From Felis catus (lineage: Eukaryota), in NCBI RefSeq assembly GCF_018350175.1, contig NC_058368.1:91514001-91578000 (forward strand): a stretch of 64,000 nucleotides of DNA, given 5' to 3'. Below, piece by piece: positions 63,946 through 64,000 of the stretch. The notes beneath the pieces were generated by a model, which was given only the letters and a program-made list of their open reading frames with translations, was not told the origin of the DNA and did not search any database. The position numbers and the translations under genes are program-made. Position 1 is the first letter of the stretch. The number at the start of each line of letters is the position of its first letter.

Positions 63946-64000
63946 ATATGCATTTTACTACTCCCCTAGTGATGAACATCTATCTACATTATAATTTTTC

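Overview
Mammalian genomic DNA, almost certainly from a cat-family (felid) carnivore, judged from about 45 tRNA-derived Can-SINEs of SINEC_Fc type and a young carnivore L1. The one intact protein-coding gene is the KRAB-C2H2 zinc-finger gene ZNF354A (Kid-1) on the + strand. It has a CpG-island promoter at ~19.85-21.05 kb and coding exons 21309-21341, 25446-25572, 26793-26888 and 41872-43424, giving 602 aa with 13 fingers in a 4+9 arrangement. The first ~19 kb is a nested pile of L1s, LTRs and SINEs. Downstream of the gene I read three things the ORF track misses: a decayed hAT DNA-transposase fossil (~46.7-47.6 kb), a disabled intron-containing Myb/SANT-like gene resembling MSANTD5 (~51.9-54.65 kb), and an old local duplication (~56.4-57.6 kb vs ~60.1-60.85 kb). 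I also note a candidate stop-containing cassette exon in ZNF354A intron 2, a spacer-less inverted L1/L1 junction, and several template-switch hairpins. Repeat subfamily names and comparisons to human proteins are from memory, not from searches. Repeat boundaries are approximate unless a target-site duplication (TSD) is quoted.
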